A stretch of 60,472 bases of DNA, counting the filler, from Diploschistes diacapsis (Eukaryota), in NCBI GenBank assembly GCA_023645945.1. It is 5 parts of 5 records of this genome, joined end to end, with 100 filler letters (N's around TTAATTAATTAA, not from the genome) between each part and the next. Parts side by side here need not be neighbours in the genome. Positions count along the whole stretch, not along the records: positions 36,369 to 48,376 come from JALAIB010000773.1; 4 more parts are not named here. One strand, written 5' to 3'. The notes beneath the pieces are model-generated. The model made no database searches and was not told the DNA's origin. It was given only the letters and a program-made list of their open reading frames with translations. Position 1 is the first letter of the stretch, and each line of letters begins with the position of its first letter. Positions 36,269 through 48,476 of this stretch are shown piece after piece. The position numbers and the translations under genes were made by a program.

Positions 36269-36368
36269 NNNNNNNNNNNNNNNNNNNNNNNNNNNNNNNN
36301 NNNNNNNNNNNNTTAATTAATTAANNNNNNNNNNNNNNNNNNNNNNNNNNNNNNNNNNNNNNNNNNNN
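36269..36368. other. Artificial contig spacer
   Basis: N44-TTAATTAATTAA-N44. Confidence 0.98.
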
Positions 36369-36930
36369 ATCCGGAGGGGGTGGTTCCGGGGGTTTTGGCA
36401 TGTTTAGTGGTGGCGTCGCTGTACGCGCATTGTGCGCTTGCTCGTCGTCAATATCGGTGGTAGCCAGCGGCGCCCCTCCGCCCGCAACCGCCGCCGGCGA
36501 AGAAGCGACCTCGAAATACCCGAGTTTCGTCCAGTGGAAGAACGTCTGCAGCGTCGCCGGACGAGCGAGGGCGGAAGAAGCGGGCGGCGCGGCGAGGCCA
36601 TGGACTTCGCTGCGATGGCGCCGCATGTGCTTAGCACTGGCGCACAGGTCCCCGCACCCGGCCGCCGTGCAGCAGGAGCCGGAGATGATGGGCGGCGAAG
36701 CAGGCGCGGGCAGCGGCACCCGACGGGGCTCGAGGAGGTCAAAGTCGGCGATGGAGGACAGCAGGCGCTGTCGCTCGTGGCGGTATGTTTGGTGTCTGTC
36801 GCAGCAGGTGGTCTCGGCACCCGCGCACTTTCTGGATGGCGCAGCGCCATTCGCGGCAGATTGGCACGCCGTAGCGTGCGTTGTACTCGAGGAGATTGGG
36901 GGGGACCCGAGTCTTACGGCGGGCACAGAT
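36369..36930 (-). pseudogene. Frameshifted 5' part of a DUF3505 (OrsD-like)/C2H2 zinc-finger gene, cut by the contig end
   Basis: One frame gives LLEYNARYGVPICREWRCAIQK..DHLLR. After a TGTC duplication (36793-36800) another frame gives HQTYRHERQRLLSSI..CTAAGC..MRRHRSEVH..LQTFF..YFEV, the DUF3505 pattern. Confidence 0.65.
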
Positions 36931-37746
36931 ACTACCTAGCCGTGGTGATGGGTACGTCTGATATATATCAGCATTGGAATGACTTCTATGTGGAAAGGCA
37001 ATTGGATAATAGGGGGTAGTACGGTGTACAGTGCCGGCCCACGAGTTTCCGCAAACACCCCCTTTTTACATAGAAGTCTCCTGAGTTAAAGTTCTGTAGC
37101 TTTACCACATGTGATCGAACCCTTCTTGCGCGTGGGCTGTCTAGTTGGATTTTGAAAGAAACCTATTTATTCCCTTACGAGAGGAGAAGGGGTTTTCTCG
37201 AAGCGACCGGTAAGAATGCATCCTTCCTACAACGGATTTGACTGGAACAAGTCCTGCATACTTTATGTGGTTCCGCATGGGAACGCCACATGAGGTTCCG
37301 GCTTGTTTGCTTTATATTTTGCGCTCTACTATCTCGACATATCAATTTAAAATCGATCAAAGACTTGTCCCGGTCGGCCAATAACACTCTGACGGAATCC
37401 GGCATGTATATTTCTTATTCGCGTCTCCTATCTGTTTTGTAATCCTCTTCGGAACCGTGTTGCTGGTTCGAAATCACATCGCTAAGTTTCAGCCTGTGGT
37501 TACCACTTCTGCATTACCATCCGAATCAGACATGCGTAGATATATATATTCAACCAAAATAGTTTCCACATCAGCCAGCCAGCAGTACCTAACCATCTTG
37601 CTAAAAGTGCTTTCTTCTTTTCTGCATTCTCGTCAGTCTACAAACCAGCCCATCCGTCAGACTCGTCACTACTGTATCTTGCCCGCCCGGCCTTCTTTAT
37701 TCAACTTTACAAACTAGAAGAAAGCAGCGAAGAAAAGAACGCAAGA

Positions 37747-39018
37747 ATGGTGACATCAACGAATCAAGCCGCATGGCTGATCAAAGCCGAAACACCCCTA
37801 CAGGTAGACGACGCCGCGCTGCCCACGGCCGGTCCCGGCGAGTTCGTTGTGAAGAATTCTGCCATCGCCATCAACGTAGTCGACACTCATATGCAGAACG
37901 CCGGCGTCTTCGTCCAGCAGTGGCCCGCCATTCTCGGCTGTGACGTGGCCGGTGAGGTATATGAAGTTGGATCGGACGTACGGCGCTTCAAGAAAGGAGA
38001 TCGCGTCATCGGGTAAGTTGGTTGACGTTCTCTCTTTGGCAGAGAACCCACAATGATGTTCACTTCCCTTCCCATTGTAGGCATGCTATCAACCTCGTCA
38101 GCGGCCGCATACAGGATGGCACCTCTGCTCTGTACGCAGTCATCCCCATGGAGAAAGCGGCCATTCTCCCTGATGCCATCTCCTTTACCGACGGGGTCGT
38201 GGTGCCTTTTGCGTTGGAGGCGGCGGTTTGCGCGCTTTCTCTCAAGGTGCCCGGTAGCTATGCCCGGCGTCTCAACACCGGCCCTCGGCCTGCCGTACCC
38301 CTCGCTGGAGCACCCAGTGCCATCCTTGGGTAAGACGCTCGTCATGTACGGCGGCTCGTCTTCTGTCGGCTCCATGGCGATTCAGCTGGCCACGGCCGCC
38401 GGAGTCCACGTCGTCTCCATCGCCGGCGTGCACAACTTTGACTTCAACGAGCGCTGCGGTGCGGCCCAAGTCATCGACCGCAAGGACCCTTCGCTCGCTG
38501 ACAAGGTCGTCGAAGCGGTCGGCAAATCTAGGCAACACCAGTTCGTCGGCATTTTCGACGCCGTCGCCACTCCCGAGACGTACGCCCACGACCTCGAAAT
38601 CCTCGCCAAGCTGGGCGGAGGCCACCTCGCCGCCGTGCATCCTCCCGCCGAGGTGCCCGCGAACGTGAAGGCTGGTATGATATTCGCGGTAAACGACGTC
38701 GCGACGCCCGTCTGGAAGGACTTTGTTACGCCCGCGTTGCAGGCCGGAAAGCTCCAGTGCCTTCCGCTGCCTACCGTCGTCGGCAAGGGTTTGGAGCACG
38801 TCCAAGATGCACTGGAGAAACTCAAGGCCGGTGTTAGTGCGACGAAGTTAGTTGTGGAAGTGCAGAAGACGGATCAAGTTCTCCTACCGGCAGTGTGGCC
38901 AGGACAACCAACTAGCAGGCACACTTCATACGATGATACTGTCTCTTGTCTTAGTAATAGTAGCTTACCTTTGAAAACGCTTTTTGCAGCGGAAAACAAT
39001 GCATTGTTCGGGGGTTGA
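37747..39018 (+). pseudogene. Zinc-binding ADH/enoyl-reductase-like oxidoreductase (MDR superfamily, CipB-like) with frameshift
   Basis: NQAAWL, VVKNSAIAIN, PAILGCDVAGEV, FKKGDRV, intron 38013-38080, frame break at about 38253 (SLKVP/VAMPG), YGGSSSVGSMAIQLA, GVSATKLVV. The ORF runs about 50 codons past the usual family end. Confidence 0.75.
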
Positions 39019-39797
39019 TGTGAGAGCCATGTTCCTGTATCTTCTCATCTCTTGATACTCCCCTCGCTCAGGCGTGCTTATTATCGAATGTCATGTACCT
39101 CTTAAAACAAACCCATCTCTTTACGTTATAATGGACATTGTCATGGACATTGTCGATCAGTCCGATAGAGATGCCAAACAATTGAGAAGAGAGGCCAGGT
39201 AGAGAAAGTCTGGGGAAATGGAGGATGAGAAGAGGAGAAGAGACTGAAAAAGGGGAGGACAAGATTAGACATAGCAAACAACGTTAGCGGCTGTTGCAGT
39301 CTAGCATGTGTATGGGTTGATAAAGAAGGAGATTCGGTCTGGACTGCCTGATATGAAGTACGCATAAGATTCGATAGAACAGGATGTTAGAATACAGAGA
39401 AGAAGCATTTCATGGACTCTACTTCCACTATTTGAAGCTCCATGGAGATATTGCCCATAATACGACCATGCCGGACTTGTTGTGTCTCCTTTATCGAATT
39501 GTGTTAATAGAATGGCGAGGTGAGGATATATGATATATACGATTGGGAAGTTTTATTTTGTTGTGACAGTTGATGACGTAGTTAGTAATCGCACAGAAAA
39601 TCAAAGCTCGATCCTCGTCTGAGATAACTAAGTTGCAAATTTCTCCTCAACCTAAAGCTACGAGCACTCCATGTTCACCCATACCTATGTTGTATCTCTC
39701 GTCCTTTCAATTGCATGTGCTGCTTCCATACCTCACAATGAGCGCCTGAGACCCGCAGCAACAGCTGGAATAACAGCGATCAGCAGCCGCAGCAGCA

Positions 39798-41978
39798 ATG
39801 TTTAAGCATAGCCTCGAGCCGCTGACGTTGCGCTTTCGATCGACTCGAGTGCCATCACGGCACTCAATTAGACTCACTCCTTCCAGCACACCTTCTCTTA
39901 CTCGAGGTCGCGTACACCAATGCAGCAGCGGCCAGCTTCTCCATACCCGATCAGTTTATCGATTCCATAGCAAACGCCACTTCCCACGGACTACGCAATC
40001 CTCCGCAAGAGGCATCCACACCAAACCCCTCCCTACCCGAGGTCCAATCTTCCGCTTCCTCTACAGATCATTCGCCTACGTCGGTGGCTTCGTCCTCGTC
40101 TCAGGCGCCCTTGTCGTCGCCTTCTTCGCCTACGACGCGAGTACTTACCAGGAAACGCCTACAGTGGGGGATGTCCCTGTGTCGATAACCGCCTTGCACC
40201 CACCCCGTGGGGGACCAAAGAATCTACCAATCGTCAACTGCCTCATTGACGATGATGACAGCGAGGAGAATGTCAAGCAGAAGAACAAGCAGAGGCTGGT
40301 GGTGCTGGGAAGCGGATGGGGGAGTGTTGCGCTACTGAAGACACTGCGGCCTGAGGATTACCACATAGTGGTCGTCAGTCCGGTCAACTACTTCCTCTTC
40401 ACGCCGATGTTGCCGAGCGGGACTGTGGGAACACTGGAGTTGAGGAGTCTGGTAGAGCCGATACGGCGGATTGTGCACCGAGTTAGGGGACATTTTTTGA
40501 AAGCGAATGCTGTTGATGTGGACTTCTCGGAACAGTTGGTTGAAGTCTCTCAAGTAGATATGAACGGTGTTGAGCAGCGCTTCTACCTACCCTATGACAA
40601 GCTTGTAGTTGGCGTTGGTAAGATCCATTGGTGCTCCAGGACGTGAGTCTTACTGACAGCCGCAGGATCGACTACGAACCCGCACGGGGTGAAGGGACTT
40701 GAGAATTGCCACTATTTGAAATCGATTGACGATGCTCGGTTGATTCGGAACAAGGTCTTACAGAATCTCGAGCAAGCATGTCTACCAACAACGTCCGACG
40801 AGGAACGACGACGGCTTTTGTCATTTGTTGTCTCGGGAGGAGGCCCTACTGGTGTTGAGTTTGCTGCAGAGCTTTACGATATGTTGAATGAGGACCTTGG
40901 ACGATCATTTCCCAAGTTATTGAGAAACGAAGTATCGGTACATGTTATCCAAAGCAGAGGTCACATCCTGAATACCTACGACGAAGCTTTATCCGTTTTT
41001 GCCGAGCAACGTTTCGCACATGACCAAGTTGATGTCCACACAAATGCCCGAGTCAAGGAAGTCCAGCCCGACAAGATCATCTTTACCCAAAAAAGCGAAG
41101 ATGGCAAGACTGTAGAGAAGGAGATACCGATGGGCTTCTGCCTTTGGTCGACCGGTGTCGCGCAAACGGACTTGTGCAAGACGATTGCAAAAAAGCTTGA
41201 GGTTCAAACGAACCAACATGCTCTTGAGACAGACTCGCACCTCCGCCTTAACGGTACACCGCTCGGTTCTGTTTACGCAATTGGAGACTGTTCTACAGTG
41301 CAGAATAACGTCGCCGACCATTTGGTACACTTCCTTCGGGTCATCGCGGCTGAAAAGGGCGCGGATCCCGAAAAGGTCTCCGTTTCTTTTGCAGAGTGGC
41401 GCTCCATTGCCGCGCGAGTGAAGAAGCGTTTCCCGCAAGCCACCGACCACCTCAAGCGTCTGAACCGCCTATTCGAGGAATACGACAAGGATAAATCCGG
41501 CACTCTCGACTTTGGAGAACTGCATGAGCTGCTCAGACAAATCGACAACAAGCTAACATCGCTGCCCGCCACGGCCCAGCGTGCCCACCAGCAAGGGCGA
41601 TACCTAGGCCGCAAATTCAGCAAAATCGCGCACGCCGCCCCGGGTCTCGCTGTGAACGAGGTCCGAGATGGCGACGTCGACGAAGTGGTCTACAAGGCCT
41701 TCGAGTACAAGCATCTTGGCAGCCTGGCGTACATCGGCAATGCCGCTGTTTTTGATTTCGGGGGGTTGAACTTTAGCGGTGGGTTGCTGGCTGTGTATCT
41801 GTGGAGGAGCGTATACTTTGCCCAGAGCGTGAGCTTCAGGACGAGGATTCTGCTGGCTATGGACTGGAGCAAGAGGGCGCTTTTTGGGAGAGGTGAGTAT
41901 CCTTCGCCTTAATCACTCTCTGCACCTGTTTATTTCACTGGGCCATGCTGATGCGTGCTAGACTTGATGAACTTTTAA
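39798..41978 (+). CDS. nde1: Mitochondrial external alternative NADH:ubiquinone oxidoreductase with EF-hand (NDE-1/64-kDa type), 3 exons
   Basis: Arg/Ser-rich presequence and TM segment, VVLGSGWG, FLFTPMLPS, YDKLVVGVG, VSGGGPTGVEFAAEL, YAIGDC, EF-hand DKDKSGTLDFGE, LPATAQRAHQQG, YKHLGSLAYIG. The last micro-exon gives DLMNF*. Confidence 0.92.
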
Positions 41979-42722
41979 TCCATGCAGGGGAAATTGGTTG
42001 GCACAGGTAGGATAAGGCAGGCCAATTCGGCAGGGATGTGGTCACGCAGATTTCGCGCACAGTGGGCTTTCTGTCTGTGAAACCAAGGTGAAGAATATGT
42101 AGATAGATCTGAAGGACATTCGAATTTAACAACAGCATTACTAGTATGGCTTTTACACATGTGCAAAAGCCTCCTGCCTCTCTGGGTTCTCTATAAACGG
42201 TTTACGACGCTGAACCCCGGTAGCCTCGAGCGAGACCTAGATCAATGTATAAATGTTGAAATTGGGAAACTGTCTTTCCAGGTGGTTATCCAGCAACAAT
42301 GACATTGGATCTGAAGGTATACCGCCGAAGTAGAGTCCCATGTTGCTTGTCGAGTCCAATTTGTACCTGACAAAATGGTTAGGGGAACGTGGAGGTTGAC
42401 CATGAATTCTTTGGGAGAACATCAATTATGAATTTTGCTACCTTGTCAGTATCTATCAAGCACACAAAACACGCCCTGCTTCTACATTCCAGCAAGGCTT
42501 CCCCGAAGGCTAATCGATATGTTCAGCAGCTAATAGTTTGTCATCTCGATCACATATTGTGTGCAGCATTCCCCCATAGACCTTACGGCCTTGTTGACGA
42601 GCAAGGCGGGATTAGCTTGTTCTACTTTTCTCTTATCTCTCGGAGTCTAAAGCTCTTTCTGTGTTTTTCTTCTTGATTCGTGTAACACTCATTGTCTTAT
42701 CGTTTGAACTCTCTTCTATCTC

Positions 42723-45382
42723 ATGGATGTCGTCGGCGGTGTTGCCGCTCTCTTTGAACTCAGCTCCGCCGTAAATCACACCACTGAGCGAGTTGTGCGC
42801 CTATGCAGATCCTTACACGCTGCTCCGGACGAGCTTGCCGCACTCGTAATACGTTTACGGGGAATCGAGAGAGACGTGGCACTATATCGACAAGCAACGC
42901 AAACCATTAGTTCTGAGGATGGCTTCGAGAGCCTCGTAAAGCATTTTTTCGAGTGCTTCCAGAGCATTGACAGCTTGGTAACGGACATTCAGCTGCACCA
43001 TGGATTGGATGACCTCACTGCCACAAAAAGGCGCCGCGTCAAGTGGGCGCTCTCAGGCAAAGAGAAGGCTGTCAGGCACCTCGTCCAAGTCAAAAGTCTC
43101 GAGCAACGTCTGGACCAAATAGCTCGAATTGCAGTAGTGCAGCTCTGCAGCTGCCACTACTCTTTGCTTACCAGCACCTTCAAAGAGATCAGGACACAAA
43201 ACGCTTCAACCGTTAGTTTGCTAATGCAATTGAAAGGTAGACTCGAAGGGCCATCCGTTCATTTACTTGAGCAGAAGGCGGAAACTCCTGCGACGGTGAC
43301 TCCAGACCAGACATTTGCACATGAATTTACGACCGAGGAGAGCTCAACAGAGAGAACTCCTCCAAATGGTCTTTCTGCGCCAGGTACTACCTCTGTTCGG
43401 AAGTTCCAGCACTCTCACGTCCAGCTTCCAAAAGACTGTCTAACCCGATATTCGAAACACAAAGGTTTTGGAGGAGATTGGCTCTGTGTCCCCAACCTCC
43501 ACGGCCACGTGTTCTGGTACTGGGACAAATATAAAGCGACATATGAACTCTTATTGAGGGTCACACTACCGAAGCTTCTCGGGCGACGGGTCGTGACAGT
43601 TTAATTCACATATCGCCAAGGTCTCCTTTCCTGGAGTGACTTTTCTGTGCATAAACTAATTCGCGTATACACCCCCATCGATTGTGGCTCACCTATCCTC
43701 GAAGCTATTCAGACCGGAGATTTACGCGCGGTCAAAAGACTGGTTTTAGATAGGAAAGTGATGGTAAACAGCAAAGTTGTTGGCTGTTGTGCCTTCCCTC
43801 TATCATGCTATTTCTGTATATTTTTTTCTGGAGACACTCTCATGCACGTAAGTCGCTGAGCTCTGTGCAGCCCTTGACTTCATTTTGATTCGGCGGATTG
43901 CGGGCGCCTACAGCACTGAAATCATGTTGTTTCTTCTTCAGTGCGGTGCTGATCCACATTCCCTGAATGACGAGCTAAGGAACGTAGAGATCCTCGAGCG
44001 GTAGCAAGGTCTAACTTCAGCACAGATCCCCCATTTTCACAGCCTTTCAATGCTGTAGAGTCGCGACAGCGCGGGCTCTTGCTGCGAGAGGTGCAGACCT
44101 CGATCACCACGATAAAAGCGGTCGTTCCCCAATTTCCGGGCTCGCTGACGGGATCACTATTCCCTGGGGGGGTTGGTCTCATCCAGGAGGGTTGCCATTG
44201 TTCTATAGTTATGATGAAAGGGCTTCCGAACTCTGCGATCTACAATCCTCAGTAGCCTTCAGTGATATAACTACTCTACCTACAAGTGATCCAACCGGAC
44301 GTCTTGAAATATTGCTGGGTCTAGGCCTGCCCAAGGCTTGTTTAAAATTGCTCGACCTAGGTTTACTACCTAACCTCGCAAACCACAACGAAGTCTCCAG
44401 GCTACTAGGTAAAGCTCTGCATAGTGCAGACACGGATTTACTTGAACGATTATGGACCGTGTATAGCAAGACTGACTCGAGCTGCTGTAAAGCGTGCGGT
44501 ATAAATTCAGTCTGGACGGCTATGGGTATGATGAAAAGTTCAAGAATAACACGGTGGTGCTTGCGGAAAGGTACTTCTTCGCAGTGTCCACCCTGTTGGT
44601 CCATGCTTTGTTGGATGATATCGAGCTCCGTCGAAAATCAGGGAGATCTGACTTGTGCAAAGAAGTCTTTGGTCCATGCTGGGCTCCCCGTTAATGAGAT
44701 GGACGGAGCTGGTCTCACGCCTCTGCATTGGTCGGCACTTTTCCTAAATGTCGAAGCCATTGAGACACTCGTTTCGCACGGTGCAGACATACAAAGATAC
44801 ACTAAGTACAATCACTTAACACCGTTGCATTTTTGGAGCTTGGGGCTGCAAGAGCAGTCAACAGACTACGGTACGAGGATCTGCCATCGTTGGCACATTG
44901 ACAAGTCCCTGGAGGAGATGAAGACTTGTCTGGTTCGGCTCCTAAAGGCTGGTGCAAACACCAAAGCAGATGCTCCCGTATCGCAGGAACTTGATCATGA
45001 TTTGGAAATCCTCTTGTGCAGGATCGGGCAAAATAAAAAACCTTTTGGCGGGCTCGTGGCTGATGCAGATGCTGTCGTATCGCAGGGACTCGTTGATATT
45101 CTGGATATCCCCTTGTGTAGTATCTGGACAAATACAAAACATTTGGGCAGGCTCATGGCTATTGTAGAAGTCCATAGCCGAGTGCATTTCAACATGAAAC
45201 ACCGCGGAGATCACATACCAAGTGAGCTTGCGTGGGCGACAGCAGGTACAGCAGGCGTGGAGCGATTCCGAGCCGCGTTCAAAGATTGCCAATTGGACGT
45301 GGAGCTAGATGAATTCGGATCAATCATTGAGCCAGAGTTCTTTGATGCCAAAGAGAACCTAGGGGAACATCTCTATGAGTGA
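42723..45382 (+). pseudogene. Fungal HeLo-like/SesA-type N-terminal domain plus ankyrin-repeat gene, apparently disrupted
   Basis: N-terminus MDVVGGVAALFEL...AAPDELAAL...RRVKWAL, and ankyrin repeats (SPILEAIQTGDL, FLLQCGADPH, RGADLDHHDKSGRSPI, GLTPLHWSA, HLTPLH). In-frame TAA at 43602-43604 and damaged splice signals at 43896 and 43980. Confidence 0.65.
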
Positions 45383-46384
45383 CATAAAAACGAGTTCCAG
45401 AAGGAAGCGTTGGGCGGTCGCTCGATATGTTTTGAGAGCTATACAACAAGGTCTATCGAGACATTAGTGATTAAGCTTCAGACTGACTGAGGTCCTCCCG
45501 TCTCATGCGGCGGCATCGTCAGCACTAGTGCTACCATGGGAAGAATAGAGGAAACTATGTAGCTATGCAACTACTCAGTCGTCCTCTCCTTCAATCCCTA
45601 GCAATCAGAAGATGCACGGGTAGCAATCAACGACACCGAATATTTAGCTCTCGTCGAATGTACCCATAAAACCTTATACAGTCCTACCAAGCTCTAATGG
45701 CCATGTCATGGCACAGGGCAAGTCCGCTGGCCTCGTACCCGGCGCAATGCCCAAAGGGGAAGGGGACAGAAAAAGGGGCGGCTAAGTCCTATCTTTCCCA
45801 CCCCTGTTTGGCATTATGGGTTTCATTCATCTGGTGCCTAGAAACTCTATTCACCATTCACGCCCTTCCTCGGTCTGTGTCACCGATCTTGACCCTATCT
45901 TCTCTATACTCTTTCAACATATAGAGCCACACCATCTCCTACTTTGGCAACAACTTTATCATGGTACCCTCTTTCAGATTCCAGGCCTTTCCGTTGGTTC
46001 CTTCTGCATCAAGGCCATAGAGTCCGTGACTTTGAAAGAGTACTGGGGATGAGTGTCGAATCATAATCGCAAGTGACTCTTAGACATGATAGGAACATGC
46101 AAGGGTGATGGAAACGAGCAGAGCGTACATGGGGAGGTTAAAGAAATGCGCCGGAATTATAAGATATAATAACTAGCAGTACTGTAAAGAACATTCGTAG
46201 ATTGAGCCCAGCTTGAGGTTGTATAGTAGCAGTGACGGACGCTTAGTGATTTGAAGCAGATAGAGATTGAGTTAGTACGCTAGTGATCGATAAGGCTGAT
46301 GCAATGTGGGTAGACTTTCTAGATGTGGAGTCAGTTTTCTTCCCTTCGTTGTTTCAACTCTTCACTACCTTGCCTATTCACAGT

Positions 46385-47261
46385 ATGGCAAACAACTCGC
46401 GCTTCTCGCACCCTTTCACCTATTCACAGCCTGCCCTCACCTCCAAAGCGAGCACCACCAACTACAGCAATCCTGCCATCTCGAACAACTTGACTCCCAA
46501 CGCAGGCGCTTGGAACGCCTCAGGCACCTCTACCTCGGTGACCGGCAGCCAAGGCACTGCCAGCAACATACCCAAGCGCATCCGCAGCACCTCGCCCGAG
46601 CCCTCCAGAGAAGGCTCCGACGAGAGCAAGCGCCGGCAAGCCAAACTCAACTCCAACGACGCGGACAGGGACGACTCCTCCGACGATGAGCCCAAGGCCT
46701 ACGTCAACCCCCACCAGAACGTCCTCGACCTGCCGCACGCCTTCTACGTCGACCAGGCTATCATGTCGGAAGAGGACCGCTTGGTGGTGATCCGCTTCGG
46801 CGACCACCGCGACCCGGACTGCCAGCGACAGGACGAAGTCCTCGGTAGGCCCCCCCCTCTCTTTTGAAATGTGGGCTCCAAACACTGATGTATTTTTTCT
46901 TTTCCTACAGAGAAATGCGCCAAAATTACACGCCAATGGTGCGTCTTCTACAAGTGCGACAACCGGCGCGGCAAAGTCCCCGATTTGTAAGTCTGATTCT
47001 CCCTGCTTCTGTTCCTTCGATGCCGATTCCGGTCCTAGCAACCAGATGTACGAGCTCTACGACAAAACGACCATCATGTTCTTCTTCCGGAACAAGCACA
47101 TGATGTGCGATTTCGGCACGGGAAACAACAACAAGATCAACTGGGTGCTGGACAATAAGGACGAGATGGTGGACATATTGGAGGTCATCTACAAGGGCGC
47201 GAGGAAGGGGAGGGGGTTGGTGAATAGTCCGAAGGACTACTCGACGAGGCATGCTTATTGA
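46385..47261 (+). CDS. DIM1: Dim1/Dib1 (TXNL4A) U5 snRNP thioredoxin-like protein, divergent, with long N-terminal extension, 3 exons
   Basis: VDQAIMSEEDRLVVIRFG, DPDCQRQDEVL, VPDFNQMYELYD, IMFFFRNKHMMCDFGTGNNNKINW, GARKGRGLVNSPKDYST. Introns 46845-46910 and 46987-47038 give a 252-aa product. Confidence 0.88.
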
Positions 47262-47893
47262 GGGGGCAAGACGTGGGGTTGGTGCTTTTGGGAGTTTTGC
47301 ATGCCGGAGGCATGTCTCTTGGGCCACCTTACAAGCCATGTTTGAGAACGGCTCGGGGCGCCACGGTTCTCATGGAAACGTACCGGATCTTGCCCGCAAA
47401 TCGCTGTATCTCTCCGGTTCCGACTCGCCGCTCTCCCTTGCGGTAGCTTCGACGCAATGAATTCATCCTTTCAGCTCCCATGCTCTCCCCTTCTGAGAGA
47501 ACGACATCACACAAAAAGGTGGATGCTCAGAAAACACTCTACCTCCCAGCCCCACCAACTGACCCCCCCAAAACGCCAGACAATGTTCAAAAAACGGGCG
47601 TGTGTGTGCGCTACGTGATTGGGGGCCCAACGTCCTCCAGCATCGCATCGTTCGAAGCCCCAAGCCATACCCACAACAAGTTGTCCTGCAAGACAAAGCC
47701 ATGAACCGTGAGTTCTCTACCAGCATCGCAGTATGTTCATCCGAAACCCCTTGACCAATTGAGTCAAAAAAGGTCCGCTGAACCCCGTTGTCAGTCTTGC
47801 TGTGTGCTTACCAACACACAGACGGTGGGTGGCGAGTCAGGAGCCTGAATGCGGCGCGAGCGCAGTGGGCGGTTGGTGCTGGGCCTGTGGCGG

Positions 47894-47940
47894 GTGTGTA
47901 TGTGTGTATGTGTGTGTGTGTGTGTGTGCGTGTGTGTGTG
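47894..47940. repeat. Imperfect (TG)n microsatellite
   Basis: TG run with three interruptions. Confidence 0.92.
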
Positions 47941-48376
47941 CAGCTAGCTTTGGCCCCAAACACAAGCCTAATTTCATGTGCGTCCTCTTCTGGATACGGA
48001 AAGTCAACATCGACGAGCTCGACGCAGGGGTGTCTAGGCAGGGCGTGCTGGGCACCAGGAGCGAGAAGCATATGCCGGGGCGTTGAGATGTTGCAAGGAG
48101 TCGAGAAACGGGCATAGGTTTTGGAGAGGGTTTAGAGAGAGGCAAATAGTAGCAGTAGTGGCTGTTGGATGCTTATTATGTATGCCATGTACTTTCTCTG
48201 CAGCAGGATCACGCAACAGCTGCCTCCAATCGTACCCATCCGCTTCGTCTGCAGCCAAAGCCCACGTGCACAACAATAGCATCGGCGAGCATCATCTCAC
48301 AACTGACGGCTCGCCCCAAGTCCAAGCCTACCTTCTCCTCCTCTTCCCCCTCCTCTCCCTCTCTTCCCCATCCCCA

Positions 48377-48476
48377 NNNNNNNNNNNNNNNNNNNNNNNN
48401 NNNNNNNNNNNNNNNNNNNNTTAATTAATTAANNNNNNNNNNNNNNNNNNNNNNNNNNNNNNNNNNNNNNNNNNNN
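48377..48476. other. Artificial contig spacer
   Basis: N44-TTAATTAATTAA-N44. Confidence 0.98.

Noticed and set aside
26174..47261. A single large cluster of kinases, CadA-like enzyme, oxidoreductase, regulator and ankyrin protein
   Set aside because: Spans the spacer at 36269-36368, so the genes are on different contigs with no evidence of linkage.
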